From Omnitrophica bacterium GWA2_41_15 (GTDB taxonomy: Bacteria > Omnitrophota > Gorgyraeia > Gygaellales > Profunditerraquicolaceae): 61,754 nucleotides of DNA. The stretch spans positions 1 to 61,754 of the forward strand of contig CAKKSP010000021.1 of assembly GCA_919902045.1 (NCBI GenBank). Reading direction: 5' to 3'. Positions 47,546 to 57,304 of this stretch are shown here, in pieces. Within the stretch, counting starts at the first letter, position 1. Each line of letters opens with the position of its first letter. The notes beneath the pieces are model-generated. The model searched no databases, was not told the DNA's origin, and saw only the letters and a list, made by a program, of their open reading frames with translations. The translations under genes and the position numbers were made by a program.

Positions 47546-48416
47546 CTATTTTCTCCGTAGAGTTGATCACTAATTTAGGTTGCCCGGAAAGAGTAATCTT
47601 TTTGCTTACGGCGTCATAAACAGCTTCGTTACTAAAAGAAGTGTTTTCCCCGCGTATGATCTTAACATTACCCCTGGCAATTATCCGGTTGATCTTATTG
47701 CTTATATCACTAAGGGTTTCCCCGGGATTTCCGGAAGATTTCCCCCCAGAAGATTTAACAAAGTGCACTTCCATGGTATCGCTCATAATTTTCATATCCG
47801 GACGCTCTACTATAACATTCTTATTGAAGTTAGCGATATTACGCTCGTAATCGATATCTAACGGCCCATCGCAGGTAATAATTGTTTTTCCGGTTGAATC
47901 ATTATCTGTTTTTTTCTCGGGAGTAATTTCAACTGTAATATCTTTTTGCAGCTTTACCTTACTTAAACCGGACTCAGCAACAGCACCTTGTGCCACGGTA
48001 ATCATATTATTCTTAGTTATATCTACACGGTCGTTTGTAGTAATAGTCTTTTCTTTTCTATCCCAGTCAAGCGAAGAAGTTTTAAGCTCTGCTCCTGATG
48101 CAGTGGTAATTATTACATTATCTTCAAGATGGACTTTACCTTCATTTTTAAGAAAATTTCCTTTATCCGCCGTAAGTTTCACCTGTTCCTTCTCACCGTA
48201 AAAATTACCTACTACGGTTTTAAGGTTCACGGTATCAGCCAGTATATCCGCACTCTTTGCGGATATATCCCAGGCTTTCTTCCCGCGGTCGCCAAATCCG
48301 CTTAAAGAAAACTCGTTTATCTGCTCATTACCGGAAGGAGATTCCCCCTTTGCAGAAACAGAATAATACCCTAAAAAAAATATAATCGCAGCCAAAAACA
48401 AAAGTTTACGAATCAT
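47526..48416 (-). CDS. LptA/OstA-family periplasmic LPS transport protein (possibly LptC-LptA-like, two OstA-type repeats)
   Basis: N-terminal hydrophobic anchor or signal followed by beta-jellyroll-like repeats. Its position between kdsC and lptB matches the conserved kdsD-kdsC-lptC-lptA-lptB order. Confidence 0.6.
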   Translation of the reverse strand: MIRKLLFLAAIIFFLGYYSVSAKGESPSGNEQINEFSLSGFGDRGKKAWDISAKSADILADTVNLKTVVGNFYGEKEQVKLTADKGNFLKNEGKVHLEDNVIITTASGAELKTSSLDWDRKEKTITTNDRVDITKNNMITVAQGAVAESGLSKVKLQKDITVEITPEKKTDNDSTGKTIITCDGPLDIDYERNIANFNKNVIVERPDMKIMSDTMEVHFVKSSGGKSSGNPGETLSDISNKINRIIARGNVKIIRGENTSFSNEAVYDAVSKKITLSGQPKLVINSTEKIDASSRN

Positions 48417-48933
48417 AAAAATTAATAACCTCTTTCCATTTCCCTTGAGTCTTTAAAATCAGCTCCGCCACTTCACGCACTGCTCCGTGGCCACCTTCTC
48501 TTAAGGTTATATAATGGCTGACACGCTTAATTTCAGGACAAGCATTAAATACTGCTACGGCAAATCCTACGCGTTTAAGCAAGCAAAGATCTACTAGATC
48601 ATCTCCTACAAAACAGAGTTCTTCAACGCTTACCCTATATTTTTTGAGGATTTTATCAAGAACTACTGTTTTTGGGGAAATATTTTCATAAACCACATCT
48701 ACCTTCATATCCCTGGCACGCGGATGGATTGCCTTTGAACCTTTGGCAGTTATTAAGACAGTGGGAATACCAACTTTTTTAAGCATATACACGCCAAGAC
48801 CGTCGCGAACATTAAAAAATTTTGAATCGCGGCCGCGGGAATCATAAATAATCTTCCCATCGGTAAGCACACCATCAACATCTAGAAGCAAAACCTTTAC
48901 TTTCTTTGCCCTCTCTAATATATATTCTTCCAT
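48406..48933 (-). CDS. kdsC: 3-deoxy-D-manno-octulosonate 8-phosphate phosphatase
   Basis: HAD motif LLLDVDGVLTDG, then GDDLVD; 175 aa. Confidence 0.85.
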   Translation of the reverse strand: MEEYILERAKKVKVLLLDVDGVLTDGKIIYDSRGRDSKFFNVRDGLGVYMLKKVGIPTVLITAKGSKAIHPRARDMKVDVVYENISPKTVVLDKILKKYRVSVEELCFVGDDLVDLCLLKRVGFAVAVFNACPEIKRVSHYITLREGGHGAVREVAELILKTQGKWKEVINFYDS

Positions 48934-48939
48934 TGTTTT

Positions 48940-49908
48940 TTACATTACCCCGGCTTTAAGCAGGTCCTGGACATCTAGCAAACCGACCGGAGAACCTTTT
49001 TTATCTACCACCGGAACTTCATCAATATGCTTTTCCTGTAAAATCCGCATTGCCTCTGCCGCAAGCATTTGTGAACTAACAGTAGTAGGATTTTTTGTCA
49101 TTACTTCTTTTACCTGGCGATGCGCAAGCTGAGGGTCGTTCTCAAGATGCCGCCGTAAATCTCCGTCAGTAAAAATACCGACGAGCTTACCTTTTGAGTC
49201 TACAATGGAAGCGCTGCCGGCACGAGCACCGGTAATTTTAACTAAAACTACCGAAACCTTTGTTAATTCATTTAATACCGCATGGGACTTCCCGCTGCGC
49301 ATAATATCTTCCACTTTAAGCAAAAGCCTTTTGCCTAAAGCCCCGCCCGGATGATAAAAAGCAAAATCTTTTTCCCTAAAACCTTTTAATTCTATGAGGC
49401 ATACTGCCAATGCATCTGACATAGCAAGCATTGCAGTTGTTGAAGATGTTGGCGCCAGGCCCAAAGGACAAGCTTCTTTTTTTACATAAGTATTTAACAC
49501 CGCATCGCTATAGCGGGCAAGCACTGAATCAGGATTACCTGTAATAGCAATAATCTTTGCCCCGATTTTTTTTAAAAGCGGCAGTAGCTTTTTTATCTCT
49601 TCGGTTTCTCCGCTATTAGAAAGCATGATTATCACATCTTCCTTTGTTACCCTGCCTAAATCTCCATGTATTGCCTCTGCCGAATGTAAGAACAGGCTGG
49701 GCGTACCGGTTGAAGCCATGGTAGCAGAAAGTTTTTGCCCGATGATCCCGGCCTTGCCCATACCGGTAACTACGACTCTTCCCTTACAATTAAAAACAAT
49801 CTCTGTGCTTAAAGAAAAATCTTTATCTAACAGTTTTTTTAAATCAAGAATTGCCTGCGCCTCAATATCAAAAACTTCCCTAGCTCTTTTAAGCACATCT
49901 AAATTCAT
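48940..49908 (-). CDS. kdsD: arabinose-5-phosphate isomerase (SIS plus tandem CBS domains)
   Basis: VVTGMGKAGIIGQKL, SNSGET, then two CBS repeats. Confidence 0.9.
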   Translation of the reverse strand: MNLDVLKRAREVFDIEAQAILDLKKLLDKDFSLSTEIVFNCKGRVVVTGMGKAGIIGQKLSATMASTGTPSLFLHSAEAIHGDLGRVTKEDVIIMLSNSGETEEIKKLLPLLKKIGAKIIAITGNPDSVLARYSDAVLNTYVKKEACPLGLAPTSSTTAMLAMSDALAVCLIELKGFREKDFAFYHPGGALGKRLLLKVEDIMRSGKSHAVLNELTKVSVVLVKITGARAGSASIVDSKGKLVGIFTDGDLRRHLENDPQLAHRQVKEVMTKNPTTVSSQMLAAEAMRILQEKHIDEVPVVDKKGSPVGLLDVQDLLKAGVM

Positions 49909-50723
49909 AATGAAGCCTCAATTTTTTTGATCTGTCTAAGTAAAATTTCTAATTCCTTAAAATCAATCATATTCGGGCCGTCACAGAGCGCCTTATCTGG
50001 AGTCAAATGCACCTCAAGGAAAAGCGCATCGCAGCCAAAAGCAACTGCTGCACGGGCAAGCCCAGAAACAAATTGCCGCTGGCCGCCGGAACAAGTTCCT
50101 TTTCCTCCTGGAAGCTGCACGCTATGAGTAGCATCATAAATTACAGGATAACCTGAATCCCGCATTATCGAGAGGCTGCGTAAGTCCGAAACCAGATTAT
50201 TGTAACCGAAACTTACTCCCCGCTCAGTAATCAGTATTTTTTTATTACCGCTTGATTCTACTTTCTTGATAAGCGGCTCTATATCCCAAGGCGCCATAAA
50301 TTGGCCCTTTTTTATATTAACCACTTTTCCGCTATGGCCGGCAGTAACTAAAATATCCGTCTGACGGCAAAGAAACGCCGGTATCTGGATAATATCTAGA
50401 ACAGCCTTTGCCTCTGCAATATGGCTTTGGCAATGCACATCGCTTAGAATAGGAACTTTAACTTTTTGCTTTACTTTATGCAAAATCTCAAGCCCTTTTT
50501 TCAGGCCAGGGCCTCTATAAGAGTTAAGAGACAGCCGATTTGCTTTATCATAACTTGATTTAAAAATAAACGGCACTTTAAGGCTTGCCGTCAGCTCTTT
50601 TAAGCGCAATGCTACCTCAAGGCAGCTTTTTTCGGATTCAATCACACAAGGCCCGGCGATAAGGGCAATGGGCGAATTTCCTCCGATATTAATTGAGCCT
50701 ACGGGTATAGTTCTAGTAATCAT
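49905..50723 (-). CDS. kdsA: 3-deoxy-8-phosphooctulonate synthase
   Basis: IAGPCVIES, FKSSYDKANR, IPAFLCRQTD, DATHSVQLPG. Confidence 0.95.
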   Translation of the reverse strand: MITRTIPVGSINIGGNSPIALIAGPCVIESEKSCLEVALRLKELTASLKVPFIFKSSYDKANRLSLNSYRGPGLKKGLEILHKVKQKVKVPILSDVHCQSHIAEAKAVLDIIQIPAFLCRQTDILVTAGHSGKVVNIKKGQFMAPWDIEPLIKKVESSGNKKILITERGVSFGYNNLVSDLRSLSIMRDSGYPVIYDATHSVQLPGGKGTCSGGQRQFVSGLARAAVAFGCDALFLEVHLTPDKALCDGPNMIDFKELEILLRQIKKIEASL

Positions 50724-51457
50724 TTGATTTTCTCCACGTAAATTTTTACCTGCTTGAGATCTTCCGGAGTATCAACCCCTATTGTATCATAACGAGTTTC
50801 AAGCACTTTTATGCGGTAGCCATCCTGAAGGATACGTAATTGTTCAAGACATTCAGTCTTTTCAAGGCTAGAAGTAGGAATATTTTTATAAATAAAGAGA
50901 AAATCTTTTGTGTAGGCATATAAACCGATATGTTTATAGACCACCGGCTCCCCGACACTGGAATTACGCGCCTTAAATGGAATAGGAGAACGGGAAAAAT
51001 AAAGCGCGAAATTATTCTTATCTACCACAACCTTGACTACATCGGGGTTAGAGATCAGGGCAGGGTCTTCGATTTTTTTCATCAGCGTTGCCACAGAAAG
51101 AGTTTTATCCTCAGAAAGAGCACGAGCCACCGTATCAATCATCATCGGATGTACCAGCGGCTCATCTGCCTGAATATTTACTACGATTTTTACATCGATA
51201 GGGTTTACTACTTCGCAAATCCTGTCTGTGCCAGAGGTATGGCCCTTAGCAGTCATCACGACTTTCGCCCCGAACTCCCGGCATACAACAGCAACTTTTT
51301 CTTCATCACAAGCAATCAAAACTTCATCAAGAAGCAGAGATTGTTTTGCCCTCTCCCATACATGCTGTATCATCGGTTTACCTAAAAGATCAGCTAATAT
51401 TTTTCCTTCAAAACGGGTTGAAGAATAACGTGCAGGGATCACTCCTAAAATATCCAT
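50720..51457 (-). CDS. kdsB: 3-deoxy-manno-octulosonate cytidylyltransferase
   Basis: VIPARYSSTRFEGK, NIQADEP, GIYAY-like HIGLYAY; 245 aa. Confidence 0.9.
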   Translation of the reverse strand: MDILGVIPARYSSTRFEGKILADLLGKPMIQHVWERAKQSLLLDEVLIACDEEKVAVVCREFGAKVVMTAKGHTSGTDRICEVVNPIDVKIVVNIQADEPLVHPMMIDTVARALSEDKTLSVATLMKKIEDPALISNPDVVKVVVDKNNFALYFSRSPIPFKARNSSVGEPVVYKHIGLYAYTKDFLFIYKNIPTSSLEKTECLEQLRILQDGYRIKVLETRYDTIGVDTPEDLKQVKIYVEKIK

Positions 51458-51458
51458 A

Positions 51459-52481
51459 TTATTTTATCCTTGATAGAAGTTCCGGACGCGTTGTAACAGC
51501 GGTTCCAAGTTTACTTACTACGATTCCGGCAGCGAAGTTAGCGATATGAGCCGCCTGAAGCTTACTTGCTCCTAGACATAAAGCAAGCGTAAAACAAGCA
51601 ATCACCGTATCACCGGCCCCTGAAACATCAAATACTTCCTGCGCCACTGTCGGGATATGAGTAAAGTTTTTGCCTTTTTCAAAAAGCCGCATCCCCTGCT
51701 CTCCCAAAGTCACTAAAACCGACTCCAATCCAAGATATCCCATAACTTCAAAAGCAGCTGTATTGATTTCTTTATCAGTAAAAAGCCGTTCGCTGTTAAC
51801 GCGGAAACTATTGGTCATATCCTTAATTTTTAAATTTCTTACCGCATTCTCAAGTTCTTTCCGATTAGGAGTAATAGCTGTTACCCCACGATAACAAAAA
51901 AAATTCTCTTCTTTCGGATCTACTGTGAGGATCTTTTTATATTTTTTGGCTAACTCAACTAACCTCTCAAGAAGGCCGGAATTAACGACACCTTTACCGT
52001 AATCTTCAATAACTAGACCATCGTAACCAGGAAGTTTCTTTTCAATAAATTTAAGAATCTTTTCATTTACTTCTTTACTAAGAGGGTCCCGATGTTCCCA
52101 ATCTACGCGCACTACCTGCTGATGCCCGGCAAGGATACGCGTTTTTAAAGTAGTGTGGCGCCGAGGCTGTACAAATACTCCGCTTATATCAGCGCCGCGT
52201 TTTTTAAGCTGCCCAACCAGGATTTTTGCGTTCAGGTCATCTCCTACTACCCCGACAGCAGAAGCTTTGGCATCCATAGCTAAAATATTATTTACCACAT
52301 TAGCGGCACCGCCTGGAACATAATGACGCTTATCTGCCCATATTACCGGCACAGGTGCTTCCGGTGAAATTCTTTCCGCGCCTCCTGAAATATACTCATC
52401 AAGAATAAGATCTCCTATTACCAAGACCTTTGCCCGGTTAAAATTTTTCACTAATGCTTTAAGAGATTTTAAATTTTTCAT
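51459..52481 (-). CDS. hldE: D-glycero-beta-D-manno-heptose-7-phosphate kinase (RfaE/HldE domain I only, PfkB family)
   Basis: VLVIGDLILDEY, GGAANV, and the C-terminal DVSGAGDTV PfkB signature. 340 aa, so it has no adenylyltransferase domain. Confidence 0.75.
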   Translation of the reverse strand: MKNLKSLKALVKNFNRAKVLVIGDLILDEYISGGAERISPEAPVPVIWADKRHYVPGGAANVVNNILAMDAKASAVGVVGDDLNAKILVGQLKKRGADISGVFVQPRRHTTLKTRILAGHQQVVRVDWEHRDPLSKEVNEKILKFIEKKLPGYDGLVIEDYGKGVVNSGLLERLVELAKKYKKILTVDPKEENFFCYRGVTAITPNRKELENAVRNLKIKDMTNSFRVNSERLFTDKEINTAAFEVMGYLGLESVLVTLGEQGMRLFEKGKNFTHIPTVAQEVFDVSGAGDTVIACFTLALCLGASKLQAAHIANFAAGIVVSKLGTAVTTRPELLSRIK

Positions 52482-53407
52482 ATTCCCTCAACAATGGCTT
52501 GGGCTAACATTGGAAGCATGATCTCATGATGCCCGATAATATAATGGCCTTTACCTGAGCTTTGAGTAGGCCGAGCCACAATATTCTGCTGCGGCCGATA
52601 ATGATAAATCATATCGAAATTGGCGCTGGTAAAATTTTCTACTCGGTTACCCAGATTACGGCAAAGATTAAGCGCTTTAAGGAATACCTCCGGCATAATC
52701 ACTGCCGAACCAAAATTTAATACCACCCCTCCGTTATTTAAACGCGCAATTTCCATAGAAAGCTTGCGAAAATCTCTTGAGCTGCCAAGTCCGGCTGCTG
52801 CTGCATCAAAAGAAGGATGCTGATGAATAATATCTGTGCCAATTGCCACAAAAACACAAACTGGAATATGGCTCTCTTCGGCCTGAGATAAAAGACTAAG
52901 CTTCTTAAAGGGAAGCTTTGCGGAATAAATTTTATTGCTTACTGACTCTCCTAGGCCTAAACCTTTATTTACACCATCTTTTACCGCTAGATTTATAAAT
53001 TCCGCGGTTTCTCTGCCCATCCCAAAACTGCCATTTTTTAAGCTTGCGGCAACATCTTCGGAAGTTTTACCCAGAAAAGCAAGCTCAAAATCATGAATCA
53101 ATCCTGCGCCGTTAATACAAAGGCAGGTAATAATTTTACGACGGATGAGCTCGTTAATTACCGGGTTCAGGCCGCATTTAATCACATGCGCCCCACACAT
53201 AAAGATCACTGCGCGTTTCTTATGATAAGCCTTAATTACTGCTTGGCTTACTTGGCGAATATCCGCGGCTTTAAGTATATTTGGAAGCGAAGTATAAAAA
53301 CCCTTAAAACTCTTTCCTTTAACAGGAATAGAGGCAAAATCACCTGATTTTACCTTGCTTAGGCGCTTTTTTATAGAATATGTTTTAACTTTATCCCAGT
53401 TTCTCAT
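52478..53407 (-). CDS. deoxyhypusine synthase-like (DHS-fold) family protein, function unknown
   Basis: By eye, INGAGLIHDFE resembles the DHS TTAGGxEEDL block and IPVCVFVAIGTDIIH resembles IPVFCPAxTDGSxGD. It has a 4-bp overlap with the heptose kinase gene. Confidence 0.4.
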   Translation of the reverse strand: MRNWDKVKTYSIKKRLSKVKSGDFASIPVKGKSFKGFYTSLPNILKAADIRQVSQAVIKAYHKKRAVIFMCGAHVIKCGLNPVINELIRRKIITCLCINGAGLIHDFELAFLGKTSEDVAASLKNGSFGMGRETAEFINLAVKDGVNKGLGLGESVSNKIYSAKLPFKKLSLLSQAEESHIPVCVFVAIGTDIIHQHPSFDAAAAGLGSSRDFRKLSMEIARLNNGGVVLNFGSAVIMPEVFLKALNLCRNLGNRVENFTSANFDMIYHYRPQQNIVARPTQSSGKGHYIIGHHEIMLPMLAQAIVEGI

Positions 53408-53450
53408 AAGAAGATTAATTGTAACATAAAAGACGGTGAAAGCAAATATT

Positions 53451-53465
53451 TTAAAAAGTGTCCCT
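53451..53465. repeat. solo outer arm of the nested-palindrome repeat (TTAAAAAGTGTCCCT)
   Basis: Identical 15-mer to 5658-5672. It encodes the RDTF-stop tail of the tandem GT9 gene, as the other copy does for folD. Confidence 0.6.
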
Positions 53466-55520
53466 GGCTATATTCACAAAAATCGAACTCGCTGCTTCTA
53501 AGACATCACTAACTTCTATGGCCTGAAGACAAAGAAATCCTTTTTGACAGCGATGCGCAAGACATTTTACGCAGCCTACCTCTTTATGAAGCACGCGGTC
53601 AAGCGGCCCCACCGGCCCCCACCTGCGGGGACTAAGCCCTTTCTGGTTACGTCCAAAAATAGAGATTACCGGCGTGCCAACTGCTGATGCTACATGCACA
53701 GGCCCAGAATCATTAGAAAGAAAAAGTTGAACTCGCCAAAGCAAGGCCGCCAACTGGCGCAAATCGGTCTTCCCGGAAAAATCCACTGCCAAATCACCTA
53801 AGAGGCTGCTTACTTTTTCTGCAATTTTGATATCTTTTGCCCCGGCCAATATTAAAACTTTTTTAAAATTATAACGGCCAGACAAAGCCCTTGCTGCATC
53901 GGCAAATTTTTCTGCCGGCCAGATTTTAGAAATACAACTTGCTGACGGATGCACTGCCATAATTTTATCAAGTTTGCCAACCCCTTCTTTTTCTAAAATC
54001 GAAACCGCCCAATCCTGTAACTTCGCATTTAAAAAAACTACCGGGCGATAATCATGGGGCCTGATCCCCAACCTGCGCACTAAATCCAGAACGTATTCAA
54101 GTTCATGTTTTTCACCCAGCTGTTTAAGGTGTTTGATTTTTTCTGTTAAGAAAATACTGCATTTGCGGTCATAACCGATGCGCCTACGGATACCGGCTAA
54201 AAAAACCATAATATGCACCCAGCAGTTAGGATGCAGGACTAATACCAGATCAAACTTTCTCTTCCTCAAACTAAAAATAAATCTTATTGTGGCAAAAAAG
54301 CTGCGCTGTAGTTTATTTTTATCGTAAACTATTATTTCATCAAGCCAAGGATTATCTTTTAAAATCTCGGCGATTTGCGGACTAACAAGCATAGCGATAT
54401 AAATATCCGGATAATTATCTCTTAATGCTTTAATTGCCGGTATAGATAAAACTACATCTCCTAACCGGTCTGTACGGGAAACCAATATTCTTTTAAAATT
54501 ATCCCTATTATTAAAGATCTTGCCTTCGGAACTACTTGTGCCGATACAAACATTACCTGCTGCATCCATAACTTGATTAATACTGATTTTCTGCATACAA
54601 TCGATATTTTTATAACGGCACTGCGGCCTCTGGCAAGGCCGGCAGAAAACTTCTTTTTTTACTATCGCGCAACTTTGCGACCATGGGCCGTATTTGGTTT
54701 CATCTGTCGGCCCAAAAAGTGCGACTATCGGACGATCAAGATAGCTTGCTAAATGTAACAACGCGCTGTCATTAGTAATTACAAGCAGTGCGCGCTTGAC
54801 TAAATGCGCAAGTTGCGTAAGGCTCGTACGCCCAGTTAGATCAATAACATAATCACCACAGTTTTTAACAATAAAACTAGATATATCCTGGTCCTGTTTG
54901 TCGCCACATAAAACTACTTTGGCACAAAATTCATTAGCTAACATCGGGATAAGTTTACAAAATTTTTCTGCCGGCCAACGTTTTATATGGCTGCGCGCTC
55001 CGGGCCCGACTAAAATTATCCGGCCTTCATTAGTTATACCTTCTTCTTTAAGCCATAAATTCATTCTCACTTCCTCAAGAAGGCTAGGTTTAAGCGAAAA
55101 ACCTGAATGGGGCTCACTCAACAAAGGAAAAACTCCTTCTACGCGCATAAGCCTAAAAAGATGGCGCTCCCGCATGTGTTTAATATATTTGGGGATGCGC
55201 AAAAATGGCGACGTACGGTAGCGCGCGCCTAAAAATGCTCCAAATAAACTATTGCGTAAATCGACTACCATATCAAAATCCTGCTTGTTTAACTCCATAA
55301 AAAGCCTAATCTTATCCCGCAAAGGCGCATGTTTATCATAAACCATCAGTTTGTCTACCGAAAGGCTACGCTCAAAAAGCTCTCTTGGTTTTAACGGACA
55401 AAGACAAACCAACTCTGCCTTAGGAAAATTACGGCGTAATAAATCAAGTGTCGGCAAAGTCAATACCGCATCGCCGATATTACTCAAGGTAATGAATAGT
55501 ATTTTGTTAATTTTTTGCAT
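53451..55520 (-). CDS. tandem double GT9 (heptosyltransferase-family) glycosyltransferase
   Basis: Two complete GT9-like modules. Each starts with an I/LxxxxxxxGD(A/V)VL motif (ILFITLSNIGDAVL; ILVSRTDRLGDVVL) and ends with a Cys4 tail (CRPC..C..C; CVKC..C..C). Confidence 0.8.
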   Translation of the reverse strand: MQKINKILFITLSNIGDAVLTLPTLDLLRRNFPKAELVCLCPLKPRELFERSLSVDKLMVYDKHAPLRDKIRLFMELNKQDFDMVVDLRNSLFGAFLGARYRTSPFLRIPKYIKHMRERHLFRLMRVEGVFPLLSEPHSGFSLKPSLLEEVRMNLWLKEEGITNEGRIILVGPGARSHIKRWPAEKFCKLIPMLANEFCAKVVLCGDKQDQDISSFIVKNCGDYVIDLTGRTSLTQLAHLVKRALLVITNDSALLHLASYLDRPIVALFGPTDETKYGPWSQSCAIVKKEVFCRPCQRPQCRYKNIDCMQKISINQVMDAAGNVCIGTSSSEGKIFNNRDNFKRILVSRTDRLGDVVLSIPAIKALRDNYPDIYIAMLVSPQIAEILKDNPWLDEIIVYDKNKLQRSFFATIRFIFSLRKRKFDLVLVLHPNCWVHIMVFLAGIRRRIGYDRKCSIFLTEKIKHLKQLGEKHELEYVLDLVRRLGIRPHDYRPVVFLNAKLQDWAVSILEKEGVGKLDKIMAVHPSASCISKIWPAEKFADAARALSGRYNFKKVLILAGAKDIKIAEKVSSLLGDLAVDFSGKTDLRQLAALLWRVQLFLSNDSGPVHVASAVGTPVISIFGRNQKGLSPRRWGPVGPLDRVLHKEVGCVKCLAHRCQKGFLCLQAIEVSDVLEAASSIFVNIARDTF

Positions 55521-56526
55521 ACTTTTTAACTATTTCTAATACTTCATCTACGCTAATCGCTTTCATACAACGATTATCAGGGCAGTTACTATTATAACAA
55601 GGTAATTTGCAACCTACATCCTTTTTTAAAATATCTATTCCTGCCCCCTTAGGATACGGGCCGGTAAGCAGAGCAGAAGTCGGGCCAAAAAGAGCGACAA
55701 TGTGTTTTACTCTAGAAGCATTGGCAATATGTAGAGGACCGCTGTCTGCAGTAATAAATATATCAAGAAATTTACACAATGCGGCAAATTCATTAAGGTT
55801 TAATTTCCCGCAAAGAATATCTGCCTCTATCCCAGCTCCGGTTTTAATTTCTTCTGCAAGCAGCTTATCCTTAGCACCTCCAGTAATTAAAATCCTCACT
55901 CCCGGTAAACTGCTTAATCTTTTTACTAACTCAATCCATTTATCTTTTGGCCAGCGTTTAGGGCCCCAATTACCACCCGGGTTAATACCAACAAAAAAAT
56001 TATCCGTTTTACCGATTAACTGCCTCGCTTTTTTTTCATCAGCCTCATTAAAGAAAAAATCTGTATGCCTGTCTTTTATTTTTAGCCCCGAACCTCTAAG
56101 GACACCCAGATAATAATCAAGCCGATGGACATTGTTGATGTCTTGTGATTTGATTTTATCCGTTAAGAACCAGGAGCTCTTTTTTCGCGCGTAACCTATT
56201 CTTTTTTTTATCCCTGCCAGGAAACATATAAACATACGGCTAGCTGAACGATGTAAAAAATACACTCGATTAAATTTCTTACTGCGTAAAGAAAAAATAA
56301 ATTTTAATTTTGAGATTAGGCTGCGATTTTCTATACGTTCATCAAAAAGGATTATTTCGTCTAAATTCGGGTTATTAATCAGGATGTCACGGCAACGCGC
56401 AGGTAAAGCGCAGGCAATATAAGCATCGGGAAAATTATAGCGTAAATTACGGATCACCGCGGTTGAAAAAACCACGTCTCCTAACCAATTCACATTAAAC
56501 AACAATATCCGCTCAGTCTTTATCAC
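55507..56526 (-). CDS. GT9 family LPS heptosyltransferase
   Basis: ILLFNVNWLGDVVF, KRWP, DSGPLHIA, FGPT; 339 aa. Confidence 0.85.
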   Translation of the reverse strand: MIKTERILLFNVNWLGDVVFSTAVIRNLRYNFPDAYIACALPARCRDILINNPNLDEIILFDERIENRSLISKLKFIFSLRSKKFNRVYFLHRSASRMFICFLAGIKKRIGYARKKSSWFLTDKIKSQDINNVHRLDYYLGVLRGSGLKIKDRHTDFFFNEADEKKARQLIGKTDNFFVGINPGGNWGPKRWPKDKWIELVKRLSSLPGVRILITGGAKDKLLAEEIKTGAGIEADILCGKLNLNEFAALCKFLDIFITADSGPLHIANASRVKHIVALFGPTSALLTGPYPKGAGIDILKKDVGCKLPCYNSNCPDNRCMKAISVDEVLEIVKKYAKN

Positions 56527-57304
56527 GATGCTCCTTAATAAAGGTATAAAAACCGCTAGTCTGAATCCAAAAAACTAACAAATTTTCCGCAGTTGAAGAA
56601 ATACGCAGCCGTTTAAGTAAAAATATATCATTATTAGGATATTTTTTCCCAGGTGAAGTAACAACCGCTGCCTTATAACCTGCCTCTTTTACTAAATCTT
56701 TTATACGCGAATTAAATTTGCCTTCGGGATAGCTAAATAAATCTACGGGCTTGCCTACTTTTTCCTGAAACTTTACTTTTGAAAGAAATATCTGCCTTCT
56801 AACTTCATCGTCCGACTTAATATTAACGAGCGGTTCAGGACCGAGGGTATGGCTACCAAAAGTGATCAGTCCGCTATCGCGCATAGTATAAACTTCATTC
56901 CAGCTTAGGCGATCAAACCTCCCGATTTCGTTATAAATAATAAAGATTGTTGCAGGAAGACCGTACTTTTTCAATATAGGAAACGCGAAATAGTAATTAT
57001 CCCGATAACCATCATCAAGTGTAATCACCACGGTTTTATGAGGAACGGATTTTCCGCTTAAAATTATCCTCGCGACTTCTTCTAAAGTAACTACATTATA
57101 TTTTTTTTCTTTTAGAAAACGCATTTGCCGATCAAAAGTATCCTGGCTAATTTGTAAGCGATTACCCTCTTTAGGCATTAAATTTACAGAATGATACATG
57201 AGAACAGGCACCGCATAGATGCGAGGACTTAGCCAACTTAAAAAACCTAAGCCCACTAAAACTAAAATTATGATAAGAATTAATATTTTTACTCTTAAAC
57301 GCAT
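56513..57304 (-). CDS. polysaccharide deacetylase (CE4) family protein with N-terminal membrane anchor
   Basis: VVITLDDGYRDNY (NodB motif 1) and FGSHT; 263 aa. Confidence 0.8.
   Translation of the reverse strand: MRLRVKILILIIILVLVGLGFLSWLSPRIYAVPVLMYHSVNLMPKEGNRLQISQDTFDRQMRFLKEKKYNVVTLEEVARIILSGKSVPHKTVVITLDDGYRDNYYFAFPILKKYGLPATIFIIYNEIGRFDRLSWNEVYTMRDSGLITFGSHTLGPEPLVNIKSDDEVRRQIFLSKVKFQEKVGKPVDLFSYPEGKFNSRIKDLVKEAGYKAAVVTSPGKKYPNNDIFLLKRLRISSTAENLLVFWIQTSGFYTFIKEHRDKD

Noticed and set aside
55607-56113. 168-aa plus-strand ORF. The same applies to the other plus-strand ORFs of 60-150 aa, e.g. 50930-51385, 13231-13644, 38575-38979, 1921-2277 and 35235-35570.
   Set aside because: All lie antisense inside minus-strand genes that have strong family signatures. 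They show skewed, low-complexity composition typical of antisense frames in AT-rich DNA, and no RBS or motif support.
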